From Octopus sinensis (lineage: Eukaryota), in the NCBI RefSeq assembly GCF_006345805.1, contig NC_043025.1:1426001-1490000 (forward strand): a stretch of 64,000 nt of DNA, in the 5' to 3' direction. Shown in pieces: positions 1-13,004 of the stretch. The position numbers and the translations under genes were made by a program. Position 1 is the first letter of the stretch; every line of letters starts with the position of its first letter. The notes beneath the pieces are model-generated. The model saw only the letters and a list, made by a program, of their open reading frames with translations, ran no database searches and was not told where the DNA came from.

Positions 1-600
1 CGGCAACTAGGTTGCCCTTGCCGGCTATGTGTTGGATGTCTGTTGTGTACTCAGAAATTGCTGATAACTGTCATTGCTGGCGTGCAGGCCAAGGTTCCAA
101 GAGCTTGCTCATAGCGAAGGTGAGGGCTTTGTGACCTGTGAATACTGTAAATGTGCGAGCTTCAAGGAAATAGCGAAAGTGGCAGACACCTAGATGAACA
201 GCCAGTAGTTCCTTGTCAAAAGCACTGTATTTCTGTTCATGGGGTCATAGATGTCGGCTGAAGAAGGCGAGCAGTCGCCACTGACTGTTGATGTGTTATT
301 CCAAAACGTCCCCAATGGCTGTGTCGGATGCGTGAATGTGAGTTCAATCCAAGCGGACATATGAGGATGGGACAGCAAGTTTGCTTGAGTCAGGGCTTGT
401 TTTGTGGATTTGAAGGCTGAAGTCATCTCACCCCACCTGCCGTTTTGAACCCTCTTTTGACAGTGCCTTGTATAGGGTTCTCATCACTTTTGCCGCAGAA
501 GGGATAAAGTGATAGTAAAAGTTTACCACGCCCACGAATTGATGTAGAGCCTTGCTTGTGGTGGGGTGTGGAAAGGTTAGGATAGCTTTTAGTTTTCCTG
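1..600 (-). mobile_element. Ty3/Gypsy LTR retrotransposon pol relic (RT connection / RNase H), degenerate
   Basis: Minus-strand peptides KALHQFVGVVNFYYHFIP and AFKSTKQALTQANLLSHP, plus an RNase H-like EQKYSAFDKELLAV...HFRYFLEARTFTVFTGHKAL; broken by frameshifts. Confidence 0.8.
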
Positions 601-689
601 GCATAAAAGACAGACAGACAGAAAAGGGAACAATTAAAGAGTGAGAAAACTCTAAGTGTGGACATATGATAGCCATATATAACTTTAAG

Positions 690-1440
690 TAGAGAACTCA
701 CAAGAAGTAGGTGAAGTGATGCTAAAACATTTTTGATGTTTTTTGTTGATTTTAGAAATGTGCTTTGTCCGTCACAGATCATTATTTTCATCAATACCAA
801 GATCAAGTCCACCAGGAGACTTCTTAAGTTTTGTGTTATGCATGGAGTAGGTAAATTATGGAGTTTTCTTCTCAAAATCGACAGGCAATTCGAGTTGCCT
901 GTCAGCAATCCATTACTGCAGGGAGTCAAAATCAGTTTGCAGGAAAGACCTATAGCATATACTCATATACTTTGAGTTGGCATCTATTTAGTTAATACAA
1001 GAAGCTTCAGAGGACCAGGAACAAACCCCTGCAAATCTTCAGATGTGATGCAGAATGTTTTCCTTGAACTGTGACTAATTTGATTTGACGGAGAATGAAG
1101 CATATCAACCAGATATAGTATTAGACCTTATGAATATTTCTAACAGTTTCACCAGAATTAATTTGTGTGGCATAGAATTACAAAAGTTTTGGTGCAATTT
1201 AGGAGATGTTTTCAAGAAAATCACAGCAGATGGAGTTAAAGATAAATCTGAATTGTGAGGGTTGAAGAAGGTGATGAGAGTTTCAGAGTGTTTCTTTCTG
1301 GCACAAGCCTTTATTAATTTGGTGAGACAATGAGTGAAACTGACTGGACAATAGTTGACAGGTGATGAGTGGTCACCCATTTTGGACAAAGAAATAATAC
1401 TGGAAATTTTCCTTTGTTCTGGGGACACAGAGTTACTAAA
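690..1440 (-). mobile_element. Degenerate non-LTR (CR1/Jockey-group) RT fragment
   Basis: NYCPVSFTHCLTKLIK resembles NYRPISLT...K, and QGFVPGP resembles QGSVLGP; several disruptions. Confidence 0.55.
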
Positions 1441-2210
1441 ATCAAATTCGAAAAAGTTGGTGTAGCAGGAAAAGGATGCTACCTTTGAGAAGCAGATAAA
1501 TAACAGATAAATGCTTCAGTGGGAGGTTAATGTAACTAATCTGGATTTTGATCTAATCAAATGAGACAGATTTTGTTTTTGGGAGAAACATATTTGAAGT
1601 GGACAAGTTGTGAGACAATGGTTATAGATCAATGATTTCTTCAGATACACCACAATTGCATCCTGTGTGGCCAGATTCAGTGGCTGCTTTCTCAGTGTCC
1701 CCGGGTTGTGGATATAACTAGGGGCAGGTTTGTATACTGAGTATGATGGAATGAGTCTTCGTTGTGTGATTCTGTACGGATTCCTGCTTTAATATCTCTA
1801 ATGTCAAATTTCTGAAGTTTCTGTCTGGATGCCAGCAATTGTTGGAAAAGACACACAGATCAGCCACAGAAAGGACCAGCTTCGTAGTCCTATATTTCCT
1901 ACATTTCGTCCATCAGAGAACCATTGTCTACCTTTTATTGGACTGGAACACTGAAGGCAGATAGAAGCATGACATTTACTGCAATCAACTCATCAATTTT
2001 CAAAAGAGTTCTCTGATTTTGTACATATATATACACCTGATATGATTCTTAGGGCATTGTCCTGTTTTAGAGTTTTGACCTGTTTTGTTGCATATTGTTC
2101 ATCCATACAAGAATCCATGGCAAATGTAGCCTGTCTGTCCATCCATATATTTCAAAATCAAACATCTAAAAATAGAGCACTTGTTAAACAAATAAGGTTT
2201 GTTCAAAGGA

Positions 2211-2308
2211 AATTAGCTCAAAACTAGAATTGAAGTATATTTCTGGAACATAATGTGTACACACAATATATTCCAGAAATATCCCTCAATTCTAGTTTAG
2301 AGCTAATT
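2211..2308. repeat. Near-perfect 98-bp inverted repeat (hairpin)
   Basis: 2211-2248 is the reverse complement of 2271-2308 with about 3 mismatches; the centre contains the palindrome tgtgtacaca. Confidence 0.85.
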
Positions 2309-2573
2309 ACAAACCAATTTCTGTGACATATCAAAGTCAAAAAATATATTCAACAGTATGTATATGAATGCAACACACACACACGTGTGAGTATAGCATT
2401 CTTATACTCACACACACATATCTGCATTTATGTAATTGGTTAAAGAATTTTTTATGTACTATTGCTGGTCCTTTTAGTGTCTCATTATATTTTGTACTCT
2501 AAACATGTACTCAATCCAATATTTGTTATAAACGAATGTTATTGGTGGGATGTGTTTCTGTTTTGTTCCACAG

Positions 2574-2716
2574 TTGTCTGCTGTGTGGTGTTAAAGAAGT
2601 TTCTGTGACGTTGTTACCATGTGGAGACAAAGTTATATGCAGAAAGTGCTATGAAGAGAATCAGCCTCGTGATTGTCCCAAGTGTGAAAAACCTATAAAA
2701 AATTTTACTGTACCTG
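2574..2716 (+). CDS. Internal exon encoding a RING-finger domain (IAP/Mind-bomb-like RING-HC) of a probable E3 ubiquitin ligase; rest of the gene not identified
   Basis: Polypyrimidine-cacag acceptor and G|gtaaga donor; encodes CLLC-x10-PCGDKVICRKC-x8-CPKCEKPI. Confidence 0.8.
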
Positions 2717-4699
2717 GTAAGAATGCAATTTAATGATCTGTCTGTTTGTCTCATTGGCTTTACGATGGTGAATAATGTACTTTATATTGTTGTGCAGATC
2801 TAGGTCTGTCATAAGCTGACACATTTATGATAAAAGGTGTTCTAGATGTCTTCTCTTTGTGATACTATATCAATCACCCCATCCACTAAATTTTGTCTTT
2901 GTCCCAGTACAAGGTTTGCTCCACTGCAAGAGGTTGCTGTCTGCAAAAGGAGACTAGTGAGGGATACTGGAAGTTAAACAGTGACTAACAGAAATATCAA
3001 TAATATTCCTGGCTTTTATCAGGAAATATCAATTTTTTAATATCAATTGCAAGTGATTAGAGGTGATTACTGATTTATGAGTATCTTGTGAATCTGATAG
3101 CTAAAAACAAAGTTAGTTACAAGAACATCAATTTTTGGTAAAATAGGAGATTCAATGAGGAAATCTCAACTGAGAGATTAAGGAACAACATAAGAGACTT
3201 TGATTGTTAGTTGTTTTGTGTTGCTGTTAATATTTATTTAGTGAAAGATAGCATCGATAGTTTCAACGAAAAATTGTCCTCCAGAAATTCTCCATAATTT
3301 GTCATCTTATGAAGAGCTCCAAAAATTACAGTAGTCTGATGTTTGATATGAAATGTTGTCCCTTGTGGTATGTACCCAGAATATCTCAGATTGCAATATG
3401 TATTGTAATAAATGAAAAGAAAATTACGAAATTCACTCCAACAATATTGATCATTCAATTATTTTTATTGAATGTTAAATTAGTATTGAACCGTTGAATG
3501 TGTGTCTATGTTTAAACAAAGTGTTTGTATTCACGTTTATAGAAATAAAATAATAGTCCCAAATGTAAACTGAACACACAACTCTTTGTTTGTAACTATA
3601 TTTAACACTTACTACAAAGTTTGGATAACATTTACCATCCATATTTATGCTCATTCTTATTGGGTTTTAGATTATATTAATGTTAATACAAACACACTTT
3701 TCTGTGTCTTTTACGTTTTTGCCCCGAATTGTTTCTTACATTTAAATTAGATCATGGAACCTGGTCGTTGTTTTTGACTGATAAAAGAAATTATTGTTAG
3801 TATTTGGTGCTGGACTTGGTACCATTTTTCTGTGATTCCTCATGGAACTGCCATAATATCAACTGTTCTAAATGGCACTCCATTGGTTAGGATGATGAGA
3901 GTACCAGATTTCCAATCAATGAAACAGCCTGCTAATGAAATTACTATGAAAGTAGCTGAGTACTCCAAAGATGTGAGTACACTAAATGTAGTTCTCAGGA
4001 AGATTCAGCATAATACAGAAGGTGAAAAGGCTGGCCCCTTGAAATATAAGTAGATCTTGTTTTAATCAACTGATTGGATAGAAGCAATATGAAATAAAGT
4101 CAGATAATATAACAATCTATAGAGATACCATTATAATGGTGGTCACAAATACATTTATCAGATTATATACAATCTATATTGATATCATTATAATGAAGGC
4201 CACATATCCCTTTGCCAGATTATATACAATCTAGATAGATATCATGAGAAACGACCAAGAAAATATACCATTTGCTTGTGAAGACCTGTTTATCAAAGGA
4301 AACCCAATGGCATAGAGGCATGTCTTTTATGCCTATGCCCAGCCCTTGCACACAATATGTCCCTCGTGCATCTCTTGCTTCAAATATATCCTCTCAATAC
4401 CCCTTCTCTCTACCTTTGCCTACTCATTAAATCTAAACTTACCCTCAGTATGTCCTTAACTCGCACACACCCCATATCCTATCACCTGTCCACTCACCTT
4501 TATACTTCGCCATCTTCTCTCTCTCCTGTTGTCACTCCTCTATATTTCTCTCTATCATTCTTTCCCTCTCTCTCTCTCTCTCTATCTTTCTTTGTTTTTT
4601 TTTCTGTCATCCCAAAGTTGATAAGAAATCAGTCGTTACTTATTCTGGTGATGGATCTAAAACCGGAGCTGGATCTTTCTCCCTCCAGTACTTGACTAT

Positions 4700-5880
4700 C
4701 AATGGTCGCTAGAGACCTCTGCCGACTCTGCTTGTAGCATCAGACTCAAGAAATGATGTGACTGACTTGAAAGTGCCTCTACTTTAGCTTCTAGAAGCAG
4801 CAAGTAATATTGCAGTTAAAACACTCGATGTTGGGGTTGAAGAGAATGTAACAGCACAGAACAGGTACCTGAGCATCTGTTTTGCAATGTTCACCTTTCA
4901 CTCATGTTAAATTGAGTAATAACTATACTGTGAAGTGACATCAAGAACGCAACTGAATGGGACAAAATTTATTCGAGTTTTCTTGTAAATGCAACATCGA
5001 GCTCATACAGTGCCCCTGAACAGGCCCTTGATTGCATAATAAGATTAATCAATCATGGTTTTGTTTACAAGTCATGGAACAAAGCTGGTGAATTCGACAA
5101 GCATATTCAACCGTGGTTTAATCAATCTGTTGTCCTGAAGACTGAATGCTTTAATCTTCTCGCTTTGTGCAATAACTTTGTACCACGTGAATGATATGGT
5201 ATCGTACTTGGCAAAATACAAAAATGTTACAAACCAACTGGCTTGTATTGTATGGTTTTCCATAGATATGGTGTTCCTCAATGTCTTGTGTTGCGCAGGA
5301 GTACTGATTGGACTGCACCTTGTTGAAGCATTCCTTTCGCTCACCACTTCAACAAGCACAACCTACTTAAAATGTTACCTGCTTTCAAATAAATTACTAA
5401 TGACCTTTCTACAGTGGATCCAAACCGATTGCTAAATGTGCATAGTCTTACACTCAGTTTCGTATCTTCTAGCAGATTCCAGGAAATCAGATATGATGAA
5501 GATATATGTTGTGCTGTTGAAGCTATTGCAACCGAGTTGAAGCCAGAGGTGTTAAAAGCACTGTCGAGTCTTCTTCCAAGGTTAGCGCTTGGTTTCCAGA
5601 AGCCAAAATGAGTTGTGTTTGGTTTTGGAAACATCATCAACGCGTCTCCCCATTATCTAGCAAATATGGATTCAGCTAAACTAGGGAGAGCTCCCATTCA
5701 CAATCTCGATTCAGAATGCAGTGTTGGATTAATCAACTACATGTTGAGTCGTTGAGGTGCCAAGCAATTCAAATTAGCATCTTCTTCCCAAGTTAAACCC
5801 AAGTCGGCTGATCTGATTCGAGAGTCTGGGGCATTCAGGCAATATAACAAACTTATCATTCTTGCGGGTGAGTGGACACA
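4700..5880 (+). pseudogene. Disrupted coding relic, probably a DNA-transposon transposase
   Basis: Protein-like ORFs 5178-5435 and 5414-5611 in shifting frames continue into APIHNLDSECSVGLINY (like PxHNxxxERxV); internal stops, no introns. Confidence 0.4.
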
Positions 5881-6368
5881 TGACAAACAACTGACTTGGA
5901 TAATTTGATATATCATGATGTACGGCTTACTAGCATCATTGAGGTAGATGCCTATTTCATGGCAGATATACCAGATAAAGAAAAGGTCGACAGGCTGTAT
6001 TTAGAAACCATATATGCCAGTGACACTCCTGTTTCTGTGCCAAAAACCAGCAAGATTCCCCTCTCAAACAACGTTTATCAAAATCTGTCAATGGAACGAT
6101 AAGTAACAAATTTGAACATTTACTTGAATAATGTGAGTTGCAAGACAGACGTAAGCCTTATTGATTTCAATCATGCATTGGATGACTTGGTGTGAGGTTT
6201 TGAAGCCATAAACGTTGTCAAACTATTATTGTATCATATACATTTCAGAACTTCAGAAATGATTTTTCTTCTGTAAAATTAAATTATTTAATTATTTGTC
6301 ATTAAACTGTTTATTCCATGTTCAATTCGAGCTCTTTGACATCAAAAGCATATATAAAGACATATCAT

Positions 6369-7089
6369 GTTAGTTAGTTAGTTAATTTGGCTCAAAAGCA
6401 AATAGCAAGGCCATGTAGGGGGACATGGAGTTAAGTACAGGGTGGTGTTCATGTAAAGAGTTCAGGCCACTTGAAGTCAAGGGAGGCTTTGAACAAAGCG
6501 GTCGTCGGCATCTTCACCATCTCGTCTGGCAGCTTGTTCCACGGATCCGCAACCTGGACGGAGAAAGCTCCTCTCCTTCGATTGAGATGAAATCGTCGCA
6601 GGTAGAGCTTTTCGGAATGACCCCGCAGCCGACGCTCTGGAGCAGGAGTGAAGAACAGCTCTTTCAAGAGGTTACACTTTCCGCTTATGATGCTGTGGGT
6701 GAGAATGAGATCACCACGGCGGCGGCGTTTTTCTAGAGAATAAAGGTCGAGCGTCCTCAGCCTTTCTTCATAGGACAACTTTTGAGACCATGAACCATGC
6801 GGGTAGCCAGCTTCTGGACTCTTTCGAGATGCTGTATGTCTTTGAGGAGATAAGAAGAAGAGGCTTGAATCCCATACTCCAATATGGGTCTCACCAGCGT
6901 GACATAGAGCGGTAGGAATATGGCTGCTGTAAGCATTCCGAATGACCGTCGAATCAAGAACAGAATTCCGCGTGCTTTGTTGGCAGCATGGACGCACTGG
7001 GCCGAAGGCGAAAAGGAGGAATCCACCAAGATACCCAGGTCCTTTACCTGATCGGTCCTCTGCAGCAGCAGACGACCCGGCTCGAAATC
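6369..7089 (-). mobile_element. CR1/L2-group LINE, 3' end (RT C-terminus and short-repeat tail), cut by the gap
   Basis: VKDLGILVD, LVRPILEY, LERVQKLATRMV, YEERLRTLDLYSLEKRRRRGDL; (TAAC)n tail near 6369-6384. Confidence 0.9.
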
Positions 7090-7189
7090 NNNNNNNNNNN
7101 NNNNNNNNNNNNNNNNNNNNNNNNNNNNNNNNNNNNNNNNNNNNNNNNNNNNNNNNNNNNNNNNNNNNNNNNNNNNNNNNNNNNNNNNN
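7090..7189. other. Assembly gap (100 N)
   Basis: Run of N; different, truncated LINEs on each side. Confidence 1.
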
Positions 7190-10100
7190 GGTGTTTTTGT
7201 TATGTATTTGTCTGAATATTTTTTATCATGCCTAATGCACCTACTATGATAGGAATTGTTTCTGTTTTCAGATTCCACATTCTAGTTACCTCTATTTCCA
7301 GGTCTTTGTATTTTGAGAGTTTCTCCATTTCTTTTAGAGACACGTTGTCATCTGCCGGTATTGATATATCAATTAGAAAGCATTTTTTTCTTCATGGTCT
7401 CTGACAACTATATCTGGTGGTTGTGGCCTTAATTTCTCTATCTATATGTATCGGCATATCCCAGAGTATGGTTGCTTTCTCGTTTTCTGTGACCTTTTCT
7501 GGTGTGTGCCTATACCATCTTTTTCTGTTGTTATTCCATAATGTTGGCATAGCTTCCAATGTATGTAGGTTCCAACTCTGTCATGTCTGTGAATATATTC
7601 CTTCTTAGCCAGGACTGGGCAGCTAGAGATAATATGATTTATTGTTTCTTGTCCATCTCCACATATTCTGCAGTTACTTGTAATATTTCTTTTCATTACA
7701 TGTTTTTGGTAATTTTGGTGGGGAGGCTTTGGTCTTGTGCTGCAATTAAAAATCCCTCTGTTTCTGCTTTGAGTCCTGAGCTTCTCAACCATTGCTGGGT
7801 TTTTTCTTTGTCTATTTCTTTTGCGTTTAGTTTAGTCCAGTATTTAACATGAAGGGGCTTTTCTTGCCATCGTTTTATCATGGTTCGTTGCTGTTCTATT
7901 TTTAGTTTGGATTTCATTTGTTTATAGCTTTTGTTGTTTCTTCATCTTCTTCTTCTTCATGTTTATTTGGTGGTATGATTTCTTGTTGTATTTGTCAGCT
8001 TCCTTAAATACTGAGAACAGTTTTTTGTTTTGCTCGTGTTTTTGCCTCTATCTGGATCAGTTTCCTTCCTTCTGAAGTAGATTTTTGCAGTCCTATGGTG
8101 GTTATTTTATAGTAGTTTTCCAGCTGTATAAGGCCTCTACCACCTTCTATACGTTGTATATATAGTCTTTCTATGTCAGATTTTGGGTGATGCATCCTAG
8201 ATCCTGTCATTATTTTTCTTGTTTTCCTATCTATTTTGGTCAGTTCATTTCGTGTCCAGTTAAGGATATTGTAGCTGTAACTTATAACTGGGACAGCTAA
8301 AGTGTTGATACCTATTATCTTGTTTTTAGCATTGAGCTCTGTTTTTAGTATTGATCTAACTCGTCTATAATATTCTTTTTTTATTTTCTCTTTCATTTGT
8401 GTGTGTTGTGTCTTATCTAGTTCATGGATTCCTAAGTATTTGTAAGTTTGGCTTTGGTCTAATTCTTTTATTTCATTGGTTTTATCTAGTGTGATGTTGT
8501 TACTCTTAACTAGTTTTCCTCTTTTCATGGTTACTTTGGCGCATTTTTCTAATCCAAATTTCATATCTATTTCTTTGGTAAATCCATGAACTCTCTTTAA
8601 TAGTGTTTCCAGCTGTTTATCATTTGTAGCGTATAGTTTTAGGTCATCCATATATAAAAGGTGGCTGATCGTTTTGCCGTAACATTTATATCCACATCCA
8701 GTTCTATTTAGCATATCAGATAGAGGTGACAGTGCCAAGCAGAAAAGGAGTGGAAAGAGCGTGTCTCCCTGGAATATTCCCCTTCTAATGGGGGTAGCTT
8801 TGGTCCTTCTTTTGTTTGGAACTGTAACACTGCCCGCCATTTATTCATATTCTTGTGTATTTTATAATCGTTGGTGCTACATTGTTCATGGCTAGTGTTT
8901 CGAGGATCCATGTGTGGGGGATGCTATCAAACGCCTTTTTGTAGTCAATCCAGGCCATACTGAGGCCTTTCTTCTTTCTGTGGCTGTCTTCAGTTATGGC
9001 TTTATTAATCATTAGTTGATCTTTACAGCCATATGAGCCTTTGCGGCATCCTTTCTGCTCTTCTGGGAACAGTTTGTTTTCGTCCAGGTGCTTGTTCAGC
9101 CTTTGTGATATCACTGCAGTAAATGCCTTGAACATAGTACGGAGGCAGGTTATTGGTCTGTAGTTTTCTGGTTTTGCTGCTTCATTTGATTTGGGAATTA
9201 AGATGGTTTTCCCCTTCTTGAGCCATTCAGGCATTGTCTCTGGCTCTGCTAGTACGTTGTTAAAGTTTTCAGCCAGCTTTTTGTGCATTCCTGTTGGATA
9301 TTTCAACCAGAAGTTGGGGATCTTGTCATGCCCAGGTGCCTTCCAGTTGCTTAGTCTTTGCAGTGCCTGGGTGACCTCTTCAGTTGTTATGGGGGTCCAA
9401 AGTTGTTCAGATGCCGAGTTTGTTATTTTGATACTCCTTTTTTTTGGTGGTTCGTTCGCCGACCATATTGTCTCCAGAATTCTTCCAATTCTTCTGCCGT
9501 TGGTGCTGCAGTGACTTCTATTTTATTTTTGCCCAGTTCTTGGTAGAACTTTTTGGGGTTGGAGTTGAACTTTTGTTTTCTTCAAAGAAGCGTTGGCGTT
9601 CCTTGTACCGGCGGATCCTTTGTGCTTTGGCAAGGATATCTTGCTTCAGCTTTTCTTTTATTTCAGGCAAATCTTTCTCTGTGATGTTATATTTGCGGAG
9701 TATTTTTGTCTCTTTTTGTTGTTGCTCAGTAGCGTTGATTTTTGCTGATTTCATTAAGAATCGACAGGTCTTTTCTAATTTTTTTTATTTTGCTTTGGAT
9801 GTTATTTATCCACAGGGTTCGTTGGGTGGTGGTACTCCTGTTTGGGCGGGTTTGGGTGAGTATCCAGCTTTCTTGTGGCTGCAGTGGCTGCTGCGTATAT
9901 TAGGTTATTTAGCTCAGTGATATCACTTTTTTTTATTCAGTGGCTATCAGTTCAGTGATGGCTAGGTTTATGCTGTTTATAATAGGTGTTGTTATTTCGT
10001 TTACTTTGATTCTTGGGAGGTATGGTCGGTGGTCCATTTTGAGCTCTGTGGTTTTCAGTTCGTTGATTATTTTATTTTATATTATCATAATCATTAGGCT

Positions 10101-11005
10101 CCCCTTCGTTGTTTACATCGTGTTTGTTGGGAATGTTGCGTTTGTCTTCGTGTTTTACAGTTTCAGTGTTTTATATTGGGCATTGTTGTGTGGCTTCTAT
10201 CTACATTTTCCTGTTGTATGTTTTCTTTTAGGTGTTCTATTTCTATTTCTGATATTTTTGTGTTGAGAATGTATCTTCGTACGTTAGCTATTTATTAGGG
10301 TTCATTGCTGTATCCAAGTCTAATCTCTATTATTTTCCTTCCATATTTTATATGTATGTGTTGTTGTATTTCATTTTTGGGTAGAGTACTGCTGTGAAGT
10401 ATGCGTGTATGTAAGATAGAATGTATTCCTCACGTGTCCATTTACGTCTTTTGGGTTTTATTTGCGGGACATGAGGTACAACGTCCGGCCCATTATTTTG
10501 ACGGTCGTCATTTTCGTAGGGTACCGGTCCGTTTATTTCTGTTGTCACATTATTTCGCACGTGGTTTTTTCGTACATTTTTTGTTGTAAGTTTAATGTAA
10601 CGTACCGCTCGATTGTTATTCCTGGGTTGAATAGTATCGGTGGCATTTAATTTCTTCGTAGTTCTTTTGTACATGGTGGTTGGGGTCGGGGATGATCGTG
10701 ATGTTCCACGCATGTTACATGTGTTGCGTTAGAGGTGGAGATGATATCGAGTCAAAATACATCATTTCGTTTCGAAAATAGTAATAAATTTCAATAGTAT
10801 TACTTACTCGGATACAGTCCAATTCTTTGTTAGTAAAACTTTGGCTCCATAGGATGTCCTTGTTTTCGATGTGTGTGGATAGATTTCGGAGCTCTGAATT
10901 TTCCTTCTTACATCTTAAACGTCCCCCGGTGTTCTCCTAAACGTCCCCCGGTGTTCTCTAAACGTCCCCCAGTGTTCTCTAAACGTCCCCCAGTGTTCTC
11001 TAAAC

Positions 11006-11006
<1 letters not shown>
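7190..11006 (-). mobile_element. R4/Dong-type non-LTR retrotransposon (RT plus restriction-like endonuclease), near full length, frameshifted
   Basis: NYRPITCL, WIDYKKAFDS, GIFQGD, HLLYMDDLKL, ETEGFLIAAQDQ, CCHC motif CRICGDGQETINHIISSC, RHD; N-terminal RRKWTREE. Confidence 0.92.
10917..11006 (-). repeat. Four tandem 21-22-bp units at the 5' end of the R4/Dong element
   Basis: taaacgtccccc(g/a)gtgttctc(c) repeated four times. Confidence 0.9.
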
Positions 11007-11048
<42 letters not shown>

Positions 11049-11067
11049 ATTATTATTATCATTATTA

Positions 11068-11141
<74 letters not shown>

Positions 11142-11175
11142 AGATTATTACTATTATTATTATTATTATATATTA

Positions 11176-11230
<55 letters not shown>
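11007..11230. repeat. (ATT/TAA)n microsatellite between two R4/Dong elements
   Basis: Direct sequence. Confidence 0.97.
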
Positions 11231-12995
11231 GCCTTTGCACAGTTTCTAACGGTGGAGATGTACTACGTTGTCAGCTGTTCACTACCATTCAACTAAAGTA
11301 ACACCTCTTTTTTACGAGCAATCTCCGGAATATTCAAGCGGTTCCATGCAGTGTTGTTTTCTGCAAGTGCTCCACCCTTATTGCAGCCCCTATTTTTTTC
11401 CATGAACGTCTCGAGATTTTTACTCACTGTTCCCAAGGCTCCGACAATAATTGGTACTACTACCACCTTCTTCATCGACCACAACTGCTTTACCTCCCAA
11501 GCTAACCTGTCATATCTATCGACTTTTCTTTCTTCCTTATCGCATACCTTGTTGTCAGCTGGGCATGTTATATCTATGATCCAGCATAGTTTGTTTTCTT
11601 TCTCAATTAAGACTATGTCTGGCTTCCTAGTCTCTATCTCATTGTTGCACTGAGTCATAAAATCCCACAAGGTCTTTGCATTATCCTTTTCGATGATGCT
11701 TTCGGGCTTGAGGTCGTACCAATTTTTTCCTCTGTCAAGTCCATACTTGTTGCAAAGTGTCCAATAGACAAGCCTTGCTATATTGTCGTGGCGTCTCATA
11801 TATTCCTTCTGTGCTAGTGGCGTACATTGGCTGGTAATATGCCATGCGGTTTCACAGATTCTGCACTTATCACTTTCTTCTGTGTTGTCTACTCTGTATT
11901 TTATGTAGTTTGTTCTTAGTGCTTGCACTTGGGCAGTACAGATTAGAATCTCAGTTTCCGGTTTTAAATCACTTGAAGTCATCCACAGCCATCTTTTTTC
12001 TCTGTCTGTCTTAATTTCAACATCCCTATGAAATGGTCCATGCACTATTTTCTTTACCCACCTATTTTCAGTTTCATTGGTTTTCAATTGCTTGTACAGT
12101 GCTTTATCTTTGCAATATTTCATCCTACACAAGCCTCACCTTCTTCTAATAAAAACGGTTCTGTAGCATTTTGTTATGTTGTTTTCTTCTGCTCTAATGC
12201 TGTGTTCGCATCCAGTCAGTCCTCTTCCCCGTCTTTTTCTTGGTACATATAGTCTGTTTGTGACACTTTTTATGTAGAGTATCTCATATCTGGCAAGCAG
12301 CTTCCTTGCCTTTCTGTCTAAGCTGTATAGTTCCGCGACTGTCCATGCGATTTCCCCTGCTCCATATCTAAAGATTAAAACCGCCCAGGTGTTGATAGCT
12401 TCCATCTTATTCCGTCCATTTAATTTCGACTTAAGGATCAGTCTCAGTCTGCCCAAGTACTCCTCCTTAAATTTTTCTGTCATTTCTCTCTCCATCAATT
12501 TATCCATTTCCAAAATCCCCCAAGTACTTATAGCCCGTCTCTTCTATTCTGCTTCATAACTTCCTCCGACGGTATCGTTAGTCCGTGCATTCATTTGATT
12601 TTGCCTCTCTTCAAATCTAACACACAACACTTTCTCAGTCCGAACTCCATTCTAATATCAGCACCGAAGGTATACACCGTATAAACGATGGAACTGACTT
12701 GGGTTTCATCTCTACCATAAAGTTTGATATCATCCATGAATAACAAATGGTTGACTTTTTGTTGGCGGCTTTTGAATGCATACCCAACTTTTGCTTTCCT
12801 CAGTATCAGTGTTAGTGGTATCAAGCACACTACAAAGATCAATGGTGACAGGCAGTCCCCTTGGAAGATACCCCTCATGATTTCAACTCTCCCTAAACTT
12901 CTGTCAGGTCCGTCCTCCAATTCGCCATAATTTTTCCGAGCAATTGCTCAATATTCGATGCAATACCAAATAGGTTCATACATTCCATTATCCAA
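11231..12995 (-). mobile_element. R4/Dong-type LINE, 5'-truncated (RT domains 4-7 and RLE)
   Basis: GIFQGDCLSP, HLLFMDDIKL, RRHD, KPDIVL, WIIDITCP, VGALG; 3' end abuts the (TAA)n run. Confidence 0.92.
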
Positions 12996-13004
12996 TTTCT
13001 TTTT

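Noticed and set aside
3832-4053. 73-aa ORF
   Set aside because: No recognisable motif or convincing splice sites; possibly antisense to a decayed repeat.
10917-11006. Short direct repeats resembling a CRISPR array
   Set aside because: The units are contiguous with no unique spacers, there are no cas genes, and the context is eukaryotic.
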